20,000 bases of DNA from an uncultured virus (IMG/VR IMGVR_UViG_2875733747_000004) (taxonomy: Duplodnaviria > Heunggongvirae > Uroviricota > Caudoviricetes), in IMG/VR virus record IMGVR_UViG_2875733747_000004; one strand, 5' to 3'. Shown in pieces: positions 7,029 to 14,434 of the stretch. The notes beneath the pieces are model-generated. The model ran no database searches. It was given only the letters and a program-made list of their open reading frames with translations, and was not told where the DNA came from. A program made the position numbers and the translations under genes. The number at the start of each line of letters is the position of its first letter. The first letter of the stretch is position 1.

Positions 7029-8990
7029 CTAATCCTTCATATAAAACGGAGAAGTAAACCCGTCACTATTCAAATTCAATCCTTTTGCCCAATCAACAGG
7101 CTTATTCATGATAGTTTCGATTTCCTTAAGTCCATTTGAACCTCTAGGTATTTCTACAATTACTTCATCATGGACATGGCCAACTATTTTAAAACCTAAT
7201 GCTTCAAGCCTTGCTATAGAAATCGCAAGTAAATCCCTTGCAGTTGCTTGAACAATATTCTCGACTAACTTCCCACCATACGTTTTTAACTTTGACCATT
7301 TACGGTTAAGATCTAACCCCATAAATTCAACAACTTGACTACCCCAACTATTTTCACCAACTAAAGCTTTTGGATAAGCTAAAGCTCTTCCACTAGGCAG
7401 TTCAATCATTAGAAAACCTTTTTTCATATAAAATCTAAGTCCATGTGTATGATGCGTCTTTCGGGATTTTACAGTATTAATTGCAGCCTCTTGGCAAGCC
7501 TTCCAAAAATTAACTATGTTAGGATTTGCGTTACGCCAACTATCAACTAAACCTTGTAACTCGTTTTCTTCAATGCCCATTTCCAATGCACCCATTGCTT
7601 TTAAAGCTCCAGCGCCACCTTGATAGCCTAAAGCTAATTCGGACACTTTTCCTTTTTGTCTGAGAGGGTCGCCTTTAGTTATGCTTTCTACCGGTACATT
7701 AAACATTTGAGAAGCCGATGCTTCATATATCTTTCCGTGTGTGTTGAATACATCTAAACGCCATTGTTCTTTTGCATACCATGCTATGACTCTTGCCTCT
7801 ATTGCAGAAAAATCACTTACTGCTAGTTCATTACCTTCTTCAGCAGTAAATGTCGTCCTAACTAATTGACTTAATAAGTCTTGAGGATGAACATTGAGTA
7901 ATAAATCTAAATCATCAAAACGTTGTTCTTTAATAAGATCTCTTGCTATTTCTAATTCAGTATCTGAAATATAATGCTTTGTTAAATTCTGAAGTTGTAC
8001 ACCTCTACCTGCCCATCTTCCAGTACCGGCACCGTAAAATTGAAACAGACCTCTTACCCGTTCATCACTGCACATCATGTCATGCATTTTGTTGTATTTT
8101 TTCACACTGGTTTTAGACATTTGCAATCTAATTTCTAGCATTTTTTTAGCTTTTCCTGTTGCTTCTTTTAAGTACTCCTGAACCGTTTTCTTTTGTAAAT
8201 TAGGTATATCTAATCCTTGTTCATCCTTTAACCAAGCCAATAACTGTGTAGGACTATTAGGATTTTCTAAACCTGTTATATGTTTAGCTTGTTTAAGCAA
8301 TTCTTCTTTACTCTGCTTATCGAGCACATTAGCTCCTAACATCAATGATTTAGAAAGCTTAATACCTCTGTCGTTTATATGTTGGTCAAAAACCCAATAT
8401 GTTTGTTCAATTGCAGTTACTGGAAAGTCTTTAATTTTATTAGCAATCGCCATTTCTACTTCTACATCTCGAATACAGTAATCTATAAATTGTTGCCATT
8501 TTTCAAGATCATGTTCAGGTAGGTTTCTTGTTCTTCCTCCATTAACTTTTGTTGGTTTACAAGGTATAGAGAAATAACGAATTAAATTTTTACCTGCTTT
8601 ATCTTTTTGGCTTTGTAGTCTTAAAACTTCTCCAACTTTATCAAGCGAAGCAGGTAAGCCAATACGCATTGAATTAACCATTGTGCAAATCCATTCTTCA
8701 GGTGGCATCTGTTTATTAAAATGTTTAGCAAGACAAGTTCTTTCGAAATTAGCATTGAATGCATACTTTTTTACAGCAGGGTCAAATAGAGCAATTTTAA
8801 ACGTCTCATAATCAGCGTGGAAAGGCTCATTATCTACTTTAGTCATGTCAATCGCACTAATCGCTCCACCATCTATCGAATAAGCTATAATTAAAATTTC
8901 GAAATCTTCAGCTTCTGTGTATTTATAGGCACCACATTTCGAAATATCGTTACTGCTGTATGTTTCAATATCTATATTCATAAATTTCAA
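7029..8990 (-). CDS. Phage DNA polymerase, family A
   Basis: Exo I DIETYS; motif A SDFSAIEAR; motif B RQKGKVSELALGY; motif C HVHDEV; TTG start with GAGGTG RBS. Confidence 0.95.
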   Translation of the reverse strand: MKFMNIDIETYSSNDISKCGAYKYTEAEDFEILIIAYSIDGGAISAIDMTKVDNEPFHADYETFKIALFDPAVKKYAFNANFERTCLAKHFNKQMPPEEWICTMVNSMRIGLPASLDKVGEVLRLQSQKDKAGKNLIRYFSIPCKPTKVNGGRTRNLPEHDLEKWQQFIDYCIRDVEVEMAIANKIKDFPVTAIEQTYWVFDQHINDRGIKLSKSLMLGANVLDKQSKEELLKQAKHITGLENPNSPTQLLAWLKDEQGLDIPNLQKKTVQEYLKEATGKAKKMLEIRLQMSKTSVKKYNKMHDMMCSDERVRGLFQFYGAGTGRWAGRGVQLQNLTKHYISDTELEIARDLIKEQRFDDLDLLLNVHPQDLLSQLVRTTFTAEEGNELAVSDFSAIEARVIAWYAKEQWRLDVFNTHGKIYEASASQMFNVPVESITKGDPLRQKGKVSELALGYQGGAGALKAMGALEMGIEENELQGLVDSWRNANPNIVNFWKACQEAAINTVKSRKTHHTHGLRFYMKKGFLMIELPSGRALAYPKALVGENSWGSQVVEFMGLDLNRKWSKLKTYGGKLVENIVQATARDLLAISIARLEALGFKIVGHVHDEVIVEIPRGSNGLKEIETIMNKPVDWAKGLNLNSDGFTSPFYMKD

Positions 8991-9012
8991 ATTCTTGACA
9001 CCTCAATTTCTT

Positions 9013-9043
9013 TAAAATTAAAGTGGGGCTAAAAACCCCACCT
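9013..9043 (-). terminator. Putative intrinsic terminator/attenuator between ssb-like gene and polA
   Basis: Minus strand GTGGGG-TTTTTAG-CCCCAC followed by TTTAATTTT. Confidence 0.55.
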
Positions 9044-9049
9044 ATTGAC

Positions 9050-9607
9050 TTATAAGAAATCCTCATCATCAGTGTCTAATTCATCAAAATCATCTTCTGC
9101 TGCACTTGCACCGCCAAGAGGTTCGCCTTTTTCTACAAGTTGAATGTTGTTCAATCCAACTGCGATACCCTTATTACCATTTGTGTTGAATGGAAATAAA
9201 TTGATTGAAGCTCTAATATAGTCACCACTTACAATAGTTCCAGAATCCGTTAATCTAATTTTGTTTTGGTCAATAATACCAGGTGCTTGTTTGCTTGATG
9301 CGTTAATAAAATAAGCGTCTTGATAATTCACATCATCTTCTCTTTCAGTATCTCCATCACGTAATGGAAGTTTCAGATTTGCAGGAACTTTGCCTCCAAA
9401 CTTACTAACTTTTCCTTCTTCTTTAGCAGCTTCTATAGCTTGTTCAATGGCTTTTATCGTACTTGTATCTGATTTAGGAATGATTAAACTGATTGAATAC
9501 TTTGCTTCTTGCCCTTCTTGCATACTGTGAGGTTCAAAAATATGTGCATATGATGCTCTTACTTTTCCTGTAATCACTTTAGTTTTATTTAATACTTTTG
9601 CTTTCAT
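9050..9607 (-). CDS. DUF2815 family ssDNA-binding protein (T7 gp2.5-like)
   Basis: KYSISLIIPK, LPLRDGD, GLNNIQ motifs; acidic tail DDFDELDTDDEDFL. Confidence 0.88.
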   Translation of the reverse strand: MKAKVLNKTKVITGKVRASYAHIFEPHSMQEGQEAKYSISLIIPKSDTSTIKAIEQAIEAAKEEGKVSKFGGKVPANLKLPLRDGDTEREDDVNYQDAYFINASSKQAPGIIDQNKIRLTDSGTIVSGDYIRASINLFPFNTNGNKGIAVGLNNIQLVEKGEPLGGASAAEDDFDELDTDDEDFL

Positions 9608-9632
9608 GTTTATATACCGTCCTTTTTAATTT

Positions 9633-10799
9633 TTATAGTTTGTCAAAATCATCTTCAGCAGATTGCTTTATAGCTGGTCGTTTATCAGACTCGGTAGCAA
9701 GTGTTAATTTACCTTGTGGCTTTTCTATAAAGCCCTCTGTAATTTTAGAAAATGCTTTTTTACCAATTAATTTTTCTAATTTCGTAATGCTAAGTAACTT
9801 GGTTTCTGTAATATCTTCAGGTTTATAACCCGCTTCAACTAACTTTTCAAGCGTTGCTTTTGTATCAGTTATCATTCTTCGCGAACGACCTTCTACAAGC
9901 TTCCAACCAGGATAGTTTTTATCATTTCCTTTCGCTTGATCTAGCGCATAATGTTCTACTTCATCAGCCCATTTTTTGATATCAGGCAGTTTATATAAAA
10001 GTTCTGCAATCTCTTCATCACTTAACAAATGTGGTGGCTTTTGAGGCACATTTTGCATGTATTCTGCACGTGTTCTACATGAATGCTTTATCTTACAGAA
10101 TCTACAATGACTACCTGCTTTAAACTCACCTTCACCGTTATAAGCAAGTCTGGCTAATGGTTTAACAAAATCGGTTCCCCATTGAAGTAATCTTGATATT
10201 GGTAACTCTTCAGTAGAAAAGTTATCTATTCGTGGTTGTATGATAGTCATGCGAACTGTATGAATGTCATACATTAAACTAAGCAGTTCATATGCGCCCA
10301 AGCCATATAATCTAAGTTGAGGATTATCTATAGCTGAAACTTCAATGCCTTTACCGTATTTAAGGTCAATAATTTCAAGTACACCACCTGAAAATATAAT
10401 GACATCACCAGTACCAAAAGATTCAGGGACGTATTTACCTAAATCCAATTTTGTTTCAAATAAAGCTATTACATCGTCATCTCTACTCAAAGCCTCGTTA
10501 TACTTTTCTTCTACATTAGCTACGTACTCTTCAACATATTCGCGCAACTCTTCACTGTAATATTGATTTCGCTTATAATTTTGAAAAGCTTTATTAAACT
10601 CAAACTGTGTTAGGCCTTCATATTTAAGACTGAAATATAACTCACTTAACTCATGAGCGAATGTACCTTCTTCAGCAAAAACTGAACTTTTATCTGCAAT
10701 ACCTTCACTTGCCTTAATACTCGGTGGACAGTTTAGCCATTGTTTTGCTCCACTTGCACTAAGCTTTGCATGAGCTCTATTTGAGTGATCTAGTTTCAT
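9633..10799 (-). CDS. DUF2800 family PD-(D/E)XK (Cas4-like) nuclease
   Basis: HAKLSAS..WLNCPPS, GTGD...IIDLKYG, QLRLY, HCRFCKIKHSC. Confidence 0.88.
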   Translation of the reverse strand: MKLDHSNRAHAKLSASGAKQWLNCPPSIKASEGIADKSSVFAEEGTFAHELSELYFSLKYEGLTQFEFNKAFQNYKRNQYYSEELREYVEEYVANVEEKYNEALSRDDDVIALFETKLDLGKYVPESFGTGDVIIFSGGVLEIIDLKYGKGIEVSAIDNPQLRLYGLGAYELLSLMYDIHTVRMTIIQPRIDNFSTEELPISRLLQWGTDFVKPLARLAYNGEGEFKAGSHCRFCKIKHSCRTRAEYMQNVPQKPPHLLSDEEIAELLYKLPDIKKWADEVEHYALDQAKGNDKNYPGWKLVEGRSRRMITDTKATLEKLVEAGYKPEDITETKLLSITKLEKLIGKKAFSKITEGFIEKPQGKLTLATESDKRPAIKQSAEDDFDKL

Positions 10800-11158
10800 G
10801 CATTAATTCTCGCCTTCATGAAATCAACAATTTTTTCATAATGCTCTTCTTTGATAGTAGATAGCTTATCCGCACCAAGTTCGTTAAGTTTATTTCTAAA
10901 TTCTTTCTTATCAGAAGTGTCTGCTTTTTTAAGGAACTCTTTTCCTACTGATAAAACATAATCTTTAGTCAAATCAGCAGAAGTTTCCTTAACTTCTTCA
11001 ATTGATTCCAGTTGAGCTGTTTCTTCTTTTGGCATTGGTGCTTCTTTAACTTTCTCTTGTACAATTGATGAATCTACAGTTGACAGTTCAGTGTTTAACA
11101 CACGTAAATTCTTATTTAATAGTTTTAATTCTTCAAAAATATCTTCTAATACTGCCAT
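10796..11158 (-). CDS. Phage hypothetical protein (120 aa)
   Basis: AGGAGGAG RBS; 4-nt overlap with the DUF2800 gene. Confidence 0.8.
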   Translation of the reverse strand: MAVLEDIFEELKLLNKNLRVLNTELSTVDSSIVQEKVKEAPMPKEETAQLESIEEVKETSADLTKDYVLSVGKEFLKKADTSDKKEFRNKLNELGADKLSTIKEEHYEKIVDFMKARINA

Positions 11159-11172
11159 TGATTAACTCCTCC

Positions 11173-11496
11173 TTAAAATTGGTTAGCTAGACGAATCATT
11201 AACTTGATACGTTCTTCTATTTCTCTAGGGTCATCACTTTGTTCATTTAATCTTGCTAACAATTCAAATTGTTCTTCTAAAATTTCTTTTTTACGTTCGA
11301 CTACACTTAAATGCAATTGCGATTCAATAACACGCCAGATACCCCAACTTTCCATTTCAATCTTTCCTTTTTTCTTAAGTTTTGAAAGAGTGGATTTTGC
11401 ATGTGTTTTAGATATCCCAAAATTTTCAACAACACCATCAGAATTGAAATTGTCATATGTTGCAAAATGTGATAGTATTTTTTGTTGTAAGGTCAT
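11173..11496 (-). CDS. Putative winged-HTH phage protein (107 aa)
   Basis: VVENFGISKTHAKSTLSKLKKKGKIEMESWGIWRV resembles a wHTH; AAGGAG RBS. Confidence 0.65.
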   Translation of the reverse strand: MTLQQKILSHFATYDNFNSDGVVENFGISKTHAKSTLSKLKKKGKIEMESWGIWRVIESQLHLSVVERKKEILEEQFELLARLNEQSDDPREIEERIKLMIRLANQF

Positions 11497-11542
11497 ATTA
11501 ATAACTCCTTATATAATTATTTAAGACAATTGCTCATCTTGC

Positions 11543-11576
11543 ACTGTTACTTGCTCCAACAAGTAGCAGTTTCTTT
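11543..11576. terminator. Stem-loop downstream of DUF1270 gene
   Basis: ACTGTTACTTG-CTCCAA-CAAGTAGCAGT (11-bp stem, one wobble) followed by TTCTTT on + strand. Confidence 0.5.
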
Positions 11577-11736
11577 ATTCTTCATAAAAGTATTCCTTAT
11601 AAAATGTGAATGTTGCGATACTTGCGAATCCCGCAATTGACCATGCTGTAGTGAAGTATAGAAACGGCATGAGTACAATCGCTAAGACTGTGAAGCACAG
11701 TACTGCTATTAAGTAGCTTTTATAAATGTTGCTCAT
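11575..11736 (-). CDS. DUF1270-like small membrane protein (53 aa)
   Basis: Manual translation MSNIYKSYLIAVLCFTVLAIVLMPFLYFTTAWSIAGFASIATFTFYKEYFYEE; AGGAGG RBS; not in ORF track. Confidence 0.85.
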   Translation of the reverse strand: MSNIYKSYLIAVLCFTVLAIVLMPFLYFTTAWSIAGFASIATFTFYKEYFYEE

Positions 11737-11747
11737 TTAATATCCTC

Positions 11748-12011
11748 CTAATACCATTTTTTATGCTTTCTGATCAAATACTCTTCCAATTTAGAAATAT
11801 TAATCAGAGTGCCTGTTGGTGAATAATCAATGTATAAATTTTCTACACCTAAATTATCTTTGCGGTAATATTTCAACCAGTTGTATACTGTACTTCTACA
11901 TACTCCAAACAATTGATGGATTTGTGTAGGTGTTGCGTATAACTTTTTCACAAATTTTTCTTCGCCTCTATATGTGTTTTCTGGTGTTGGTGGTACTATG
12001 ATTTTTGGCAT
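11748..12011 (-). CDS. HTH DNA-binding protein, possible excisionase/RDF (87 aa)
   Basis: ATPTQIHQLFGVCRSTVYNWLK HTH; AAAGGAG RBS supports ATG 12011. Confidence 0.7.
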   Translation of the reverse strand: MPKIIVPPTPENTYRGEEKFVKKLYATPTQIHQLFGVCRSTVYNWLKYYRKDNLGVENLYIDYSPTGTLINISKLEEYLIRKHKKWY

Positions 12012-12035
12012 CTCTATCACTCCTTTCGATAAATG

Positions 12036-12251
12036 TTAAATTTTGCTATTATTCGCTCTGTATTGAAGTTCTCTATCTAATACATAGAAGACTTTGTTTA
12101 TTTCTAAGTAGCTGTAATAACCTTTTTTAATACTTTCTAATATTTCCTTTCTTAGTCGACCTTCATTTTCTGTTAAAGATTCTACTGGCGCGTGATCTCT
12201 TCTGAAAACCCTTGGTATGCTGATGTCTAACCCTTCTGATTTTTTGTTCAT
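12036..12251 (-). CDS. Phage hypothetical protein (71 aa)
   Basis: AAAGGTGG RBS supports ATG 12251 (MNKKSEG...). Confidence 0.7.
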   Translation of the reverse strand: MNKKSEGLDISIPRVFRRDHAPVESLTENEGRLRKEILESIKKGYYSYLEINKVFYVLDRELQYRANNSKI

Positions 12252-12306
12252 TTGTTGTTCCACCTTTCGTGTATAATGTTGTTATCAACCTAAGGAGGTG
12301 ATAAGT

Positions 12307-12537
12307 ATGCATAAGAGATTGCTCACTCAATATTTAGATAAAGAAAACGTTACTTCTTTAGATTTACATTTAATTAATGGTGAAGTTATTAAAGTACAAG
12401 AACATATAAAAGATGCTGAAAGCAAAACTCTACACATCATTCATCCAAAAGATAGAGTTGTCAGTTTAGATCATGTTTTGTATTTCGACATTAACGTTAA
12501 AGGTGAAAAGAATAACGATAGTCCTTACCCATCTTAA
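12307..12537 (+). CDS. Counter-oriented 76-aa protein, possible Sm/LSm-like beta fold
   Basis: TAAGGAGGTG RBS at 12291-12300; TATAAT at 12272-12277; LDLHLINGEVIKV...RVVSLDHVLYF pattern. Confidence 0.7.
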   Translation: MHKRLLTQYLDKENVTSLDLHLINGEVIKVQEHIKDAESKTLHIIHPKDRVVSLDHVLYFDINVKGEKNNDSPYPS

Positions 12538-12710
12538 AATCCATAGTGCTTATAGTTATTTGCTATTTGTTGACAGTTATAACTGGCAAGTCCTACCTTG
12601 TCAGCTTGGTAACTGTATTGATTATTTACTTCATTTACTAATCGATTCCATTCGTCTCTTGGTACGTCTTCAAGAAGTAAAAGAATCATCTTTAATTTTT
12701 CTTCGTTCAT
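12534..12710 (-). CDS. Phage hypothetical protein (58 aa)
   Basis: Manual translation MNEEKLKMILLLLEDVPRDEWNRLVNEVNNQYSYQADKVGLASYNCQQIANNYKHYGF; AAGGAGG RBS; not in ORF track. Confidence 0.75.
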   Translation of the reverse strand: MNEEKLKMILLLLEDVPRDEWNRLVNEVNNQYSYQADKVGLASYNCQQIANNYKHYGF

Positions 12711-12798
12711 TTGTTGTTCCTCCTTTTAAGATCTTTGTTTATGTCCATTTGTTACATTACCTAAAAGTTATAAAAAGTTATACGAAGGTCAAAAAAAT

Positions 12799-12990
12799 TT
12801 AGACCTTTATCTGGTCTACCTCAATATCATATAACTTTGCTAAAGCGTAAACTGTAACATTACTTAAATTAGTGTCATCCTTTTCCCAATGACCAACTGT
12901 CTTTGCATTGACGCCCAATATATCTGCTACTTCTTGCTGTTTCAAGTCCCTTACAAGTCTCCATTTTCTTACGGATAATTGTTCCGGCAT
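12799..12990 (-). CDS. cro: Cro-like XRE HTH regulator (63 aa)
   Basis: LKQQEVADILGVNAKTVGHWEK HTH; divergent from the repressor; GGGAGG RBS supports ATG 12990. Confidence 0.85.
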   Translation of the reverse strand: MPEQLSVRKWRLVRDLKQQEVADILGVNAKTVGHWEKDDTNLSNVTVYALAKLYDIEVDQIKV

Positions 12991-13017
12991 GTCGTCCACC
13001 TCCCTTTCACACGTATA

Positions 13018-13046
13018 ACTTTATATTACTTTGTATTACTTGTCAA
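13018..13046 (-). promoter_or_regulatory. Putative lytic (cro) sigma-A promoter
   Basis: Minus strand TTGACA (13046-13041) - 17 nt - TAAAGT (13023-13018). Confidence 0.7.
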
Positions 13047-13087
13047 CAGATAAAGTTATATTTATTCATAAAAAGTTATAAAAAGTA

Positions 13088-13116
13088 TTGTAAAGTAATG
13101 TCGGTTATGGTAAGTT
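13088..13116 (+). promoter_or_regulatory. Putative repressor (cI) promoter
   Basis: TTGTAA (13088-13093) - 17 nt - TAAGTT (13111-13116) with extended -10 TG at 13108-13109. Confidence 0.55.
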
Positions 13117-13150
13117 AATATTACATTAAGTAATATTAAAGGAGACAACT

Positions 13151-13480
13151 ATGGAGAATAATAAAGTCAGAAAAATTTTATCTGAAAACCTTCAAGAACT
13201 TATGAATGATAAAAATATTGATCAGAGAGAACTTGCTGAAGCTATTGGAGTTTCTCAACCTACAGTCTCCAATTGGATTCAACAAACTAAATATCCACGA
13301 ATTAAAAGAATTCAACAACTTGCAGATTACTTCAATGTACCGAAATCAAGAATTACTGAATCAAAAAAAGATATACATCAAGAAACAATTGCTGCTCATT
13401 TTGATAAAGAGGGATTAACTGAAGAAGAGATTGAAGAAGTAAATAGATTCATTGAATGGGTTAGAAATAGAGACAAATAA
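13151..13480 (+). CDS. CI-like XRE repressor (ImmR-type, no S24 domain)
   Basis: QRELAEAIGVSQPTVSNW HTH; short C-terminal TIAAHFD...LTEEE region; AAAGGAG RBS. Confidence 0.9.
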   Translation: MENNKVRKILSENLQELMNDKNIDQRELAEAIGVSQPTVSNWIQQTKYPRIKRIQQLADYFNVPKSRITESKKDIHQETIAAHFDKEGLTEEEIEEVNRFIEWVRNRDK

Positions 13481-13492
13481 AGGGTGTTTATA

Positions 13493-13954
13493 TTGGGATT
13501 ATACGAAGAACTTTGCATAAATAACGAAAAAATAAAGATAGAAGAAACTGACCAGCTTCCAAATTTCCAACCTGGATGCTATATGAACGGAAAAATTTAT
13601 ATAAGGCGTAATTTATCAGAAGTACGTAAAGCAGAAGTGTTATATGAGGAACTTGCCCACCACAAGTTGACGTATGGCAACATTTTAGACCAATCAAAAT
13701 GGATTAATAGAAAATTTGAAAATTATGCACGTAGACATGGTTTTACTTCAGCTGTACCGCTACATGAAATTGTAGAAGCTCACAACTACGGTGTTCGTAA
13801 TTTGTACGAGTTGTCAGAGTATCTGCAGTTGAGTGAATCATACATACTAGAAGCTATAGAACAATATAAAAAGATATATGGTATTGGAACTCACTATGGC
13901 GAGTATTCTATTACGTTTGAGCCGTTGAGAGTTTTTAAATATAAGGAAATATAA
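13493..13954 (+). CDS. ImmA/IrrE family metallo-endopeptidase
   Basis: EVLYEELAHH metal motif (EExxH variant), KFENYARR; directly downstream of the repressor; TTG 13493 chosen from GGGTG RBS (GTG 13484 is the alternative). Confidence 0.85.
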   Translation: MGLYEELCINNEKIKIEETDQLPNFQPGCYMNGKIYIRRNLSEVRKAEVLYEELAHHKLTYGNILDQSKWINRKFENYARRHGFTSAVPLHEIVEAHNYGVRNLYELSEYLQLSESYILEAIEQYKKIYGIGTHYGEYSITFEPLRVFKYKEI

Positions 13955-13971
13955 ACAAAGGAGAGATACAT

Positions 13972-14406
13972 ATGAAAAAAGTAATCGGACTGCTACTAGT
14001 AAGTACATTAGCTTTAACAGCTTGTGGTGAAAAAGAAAAACCAAAAAAAGAAGAAAATAAAAAGTCACAAACACAAAAACACAAAGGTAGCAAACCAAAA
14101 ACGCAACAAGAAAAAATGAAAAAAGTTGAAGATAAAAATCCACCTAATAATAGCATACAAAATAATTCAAACAATCAAAACCAATCACAAAACAATCAAC
14201 TTAATAATAATTCAGATCCATCTAATAATACTCCTGCAAATATAAATGAAAACGATTCACAAAATACTAATTTAAATGATGAGTATGTCGTTTCGCCTGG
14301 CTGGACTAAAGATGAACAGGCTAAAGCTTTTGAAGAGTACAAAAAAGGAAAAGAAGAGGAAGCAAGAGCTGGTGCTAGCGCAGTACCAGGAGCCAATATT
14401 AACTAA
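13972..14406 (+). CDS. Phage lipoprotein with K-rich and N/Q-rich low-complexity linker
   Basis: Signal peptide with lipobox LTAC; AAAGGAG RBS. Confidence 0.85.
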   Translation: MKKVIGLLLVSTLALTACGEKEKPKKEENKKSQTQKHKGSKPKTQQEKMKKVEDKNPPNNSIQNNSNNQNQSQNNQLNNNSDPSNNTPANINENDSQNTNLNDEYVVSPGWTKDEQAKAFEEYKKGKEEEARAGASAVPGANIN

Positions 14407-14434
14407 TAAAACAATATAAGAAAGAAGAGCTAAT

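Larger units (their letters stand above)
12246..12726. repeat. 22-bp imperfect direct repeat pair (12246-12267 and 12705-12726)
   Basis: gttcatttgttgttccaccttt vs gttcatttgttgttcctccttt, 21/22 identical; each is the RBS+start of a minus-strand gene. Confidence 0.85.
13014..13139. promoter_or_regulatory. Operator array of the genetic switch
   Basis: 10-bp-phased AAAGT(T/A)ATA-like units, inverted at 13014, 13024, 13034 and direct at 13051, 13071, 13081, 13091; perfect IR TTAATATTAC-N5-GTAATATTAA at 13115-13139. Confidence 0.65.

Noticed and set aside
9633..10799. Cas4-like nuclease as part of a CRISPR-Cas system
   Set aside because: DUF2800 is a standard member of this phage replication module; no cas1/cas2 or array
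4450..11524. + strand ORFs 4450-4677, 5728-5928, 9598-9828, 10345-10560, 11204-11524
   Set aside because: Antisense shadows of well-supported minus-strand genes; no convincing RBS
12473..12802. 109-aa + strand ORF
   Set aside because: Overlaps the 76-aa gene out of frame and is antisense to the 58-aa gene, which has a strong RBS
13206..14396. ORFs 13206-13418 (+), 13488-13697, 13847-14143, 13935-14174, 14196-14396 (-)
   Set aside because: Alternative-frame or antisense shadows of the repressor, ImmA and lipoprotein genes; Phe/Leu richness simply mirrors A-rich sense codons
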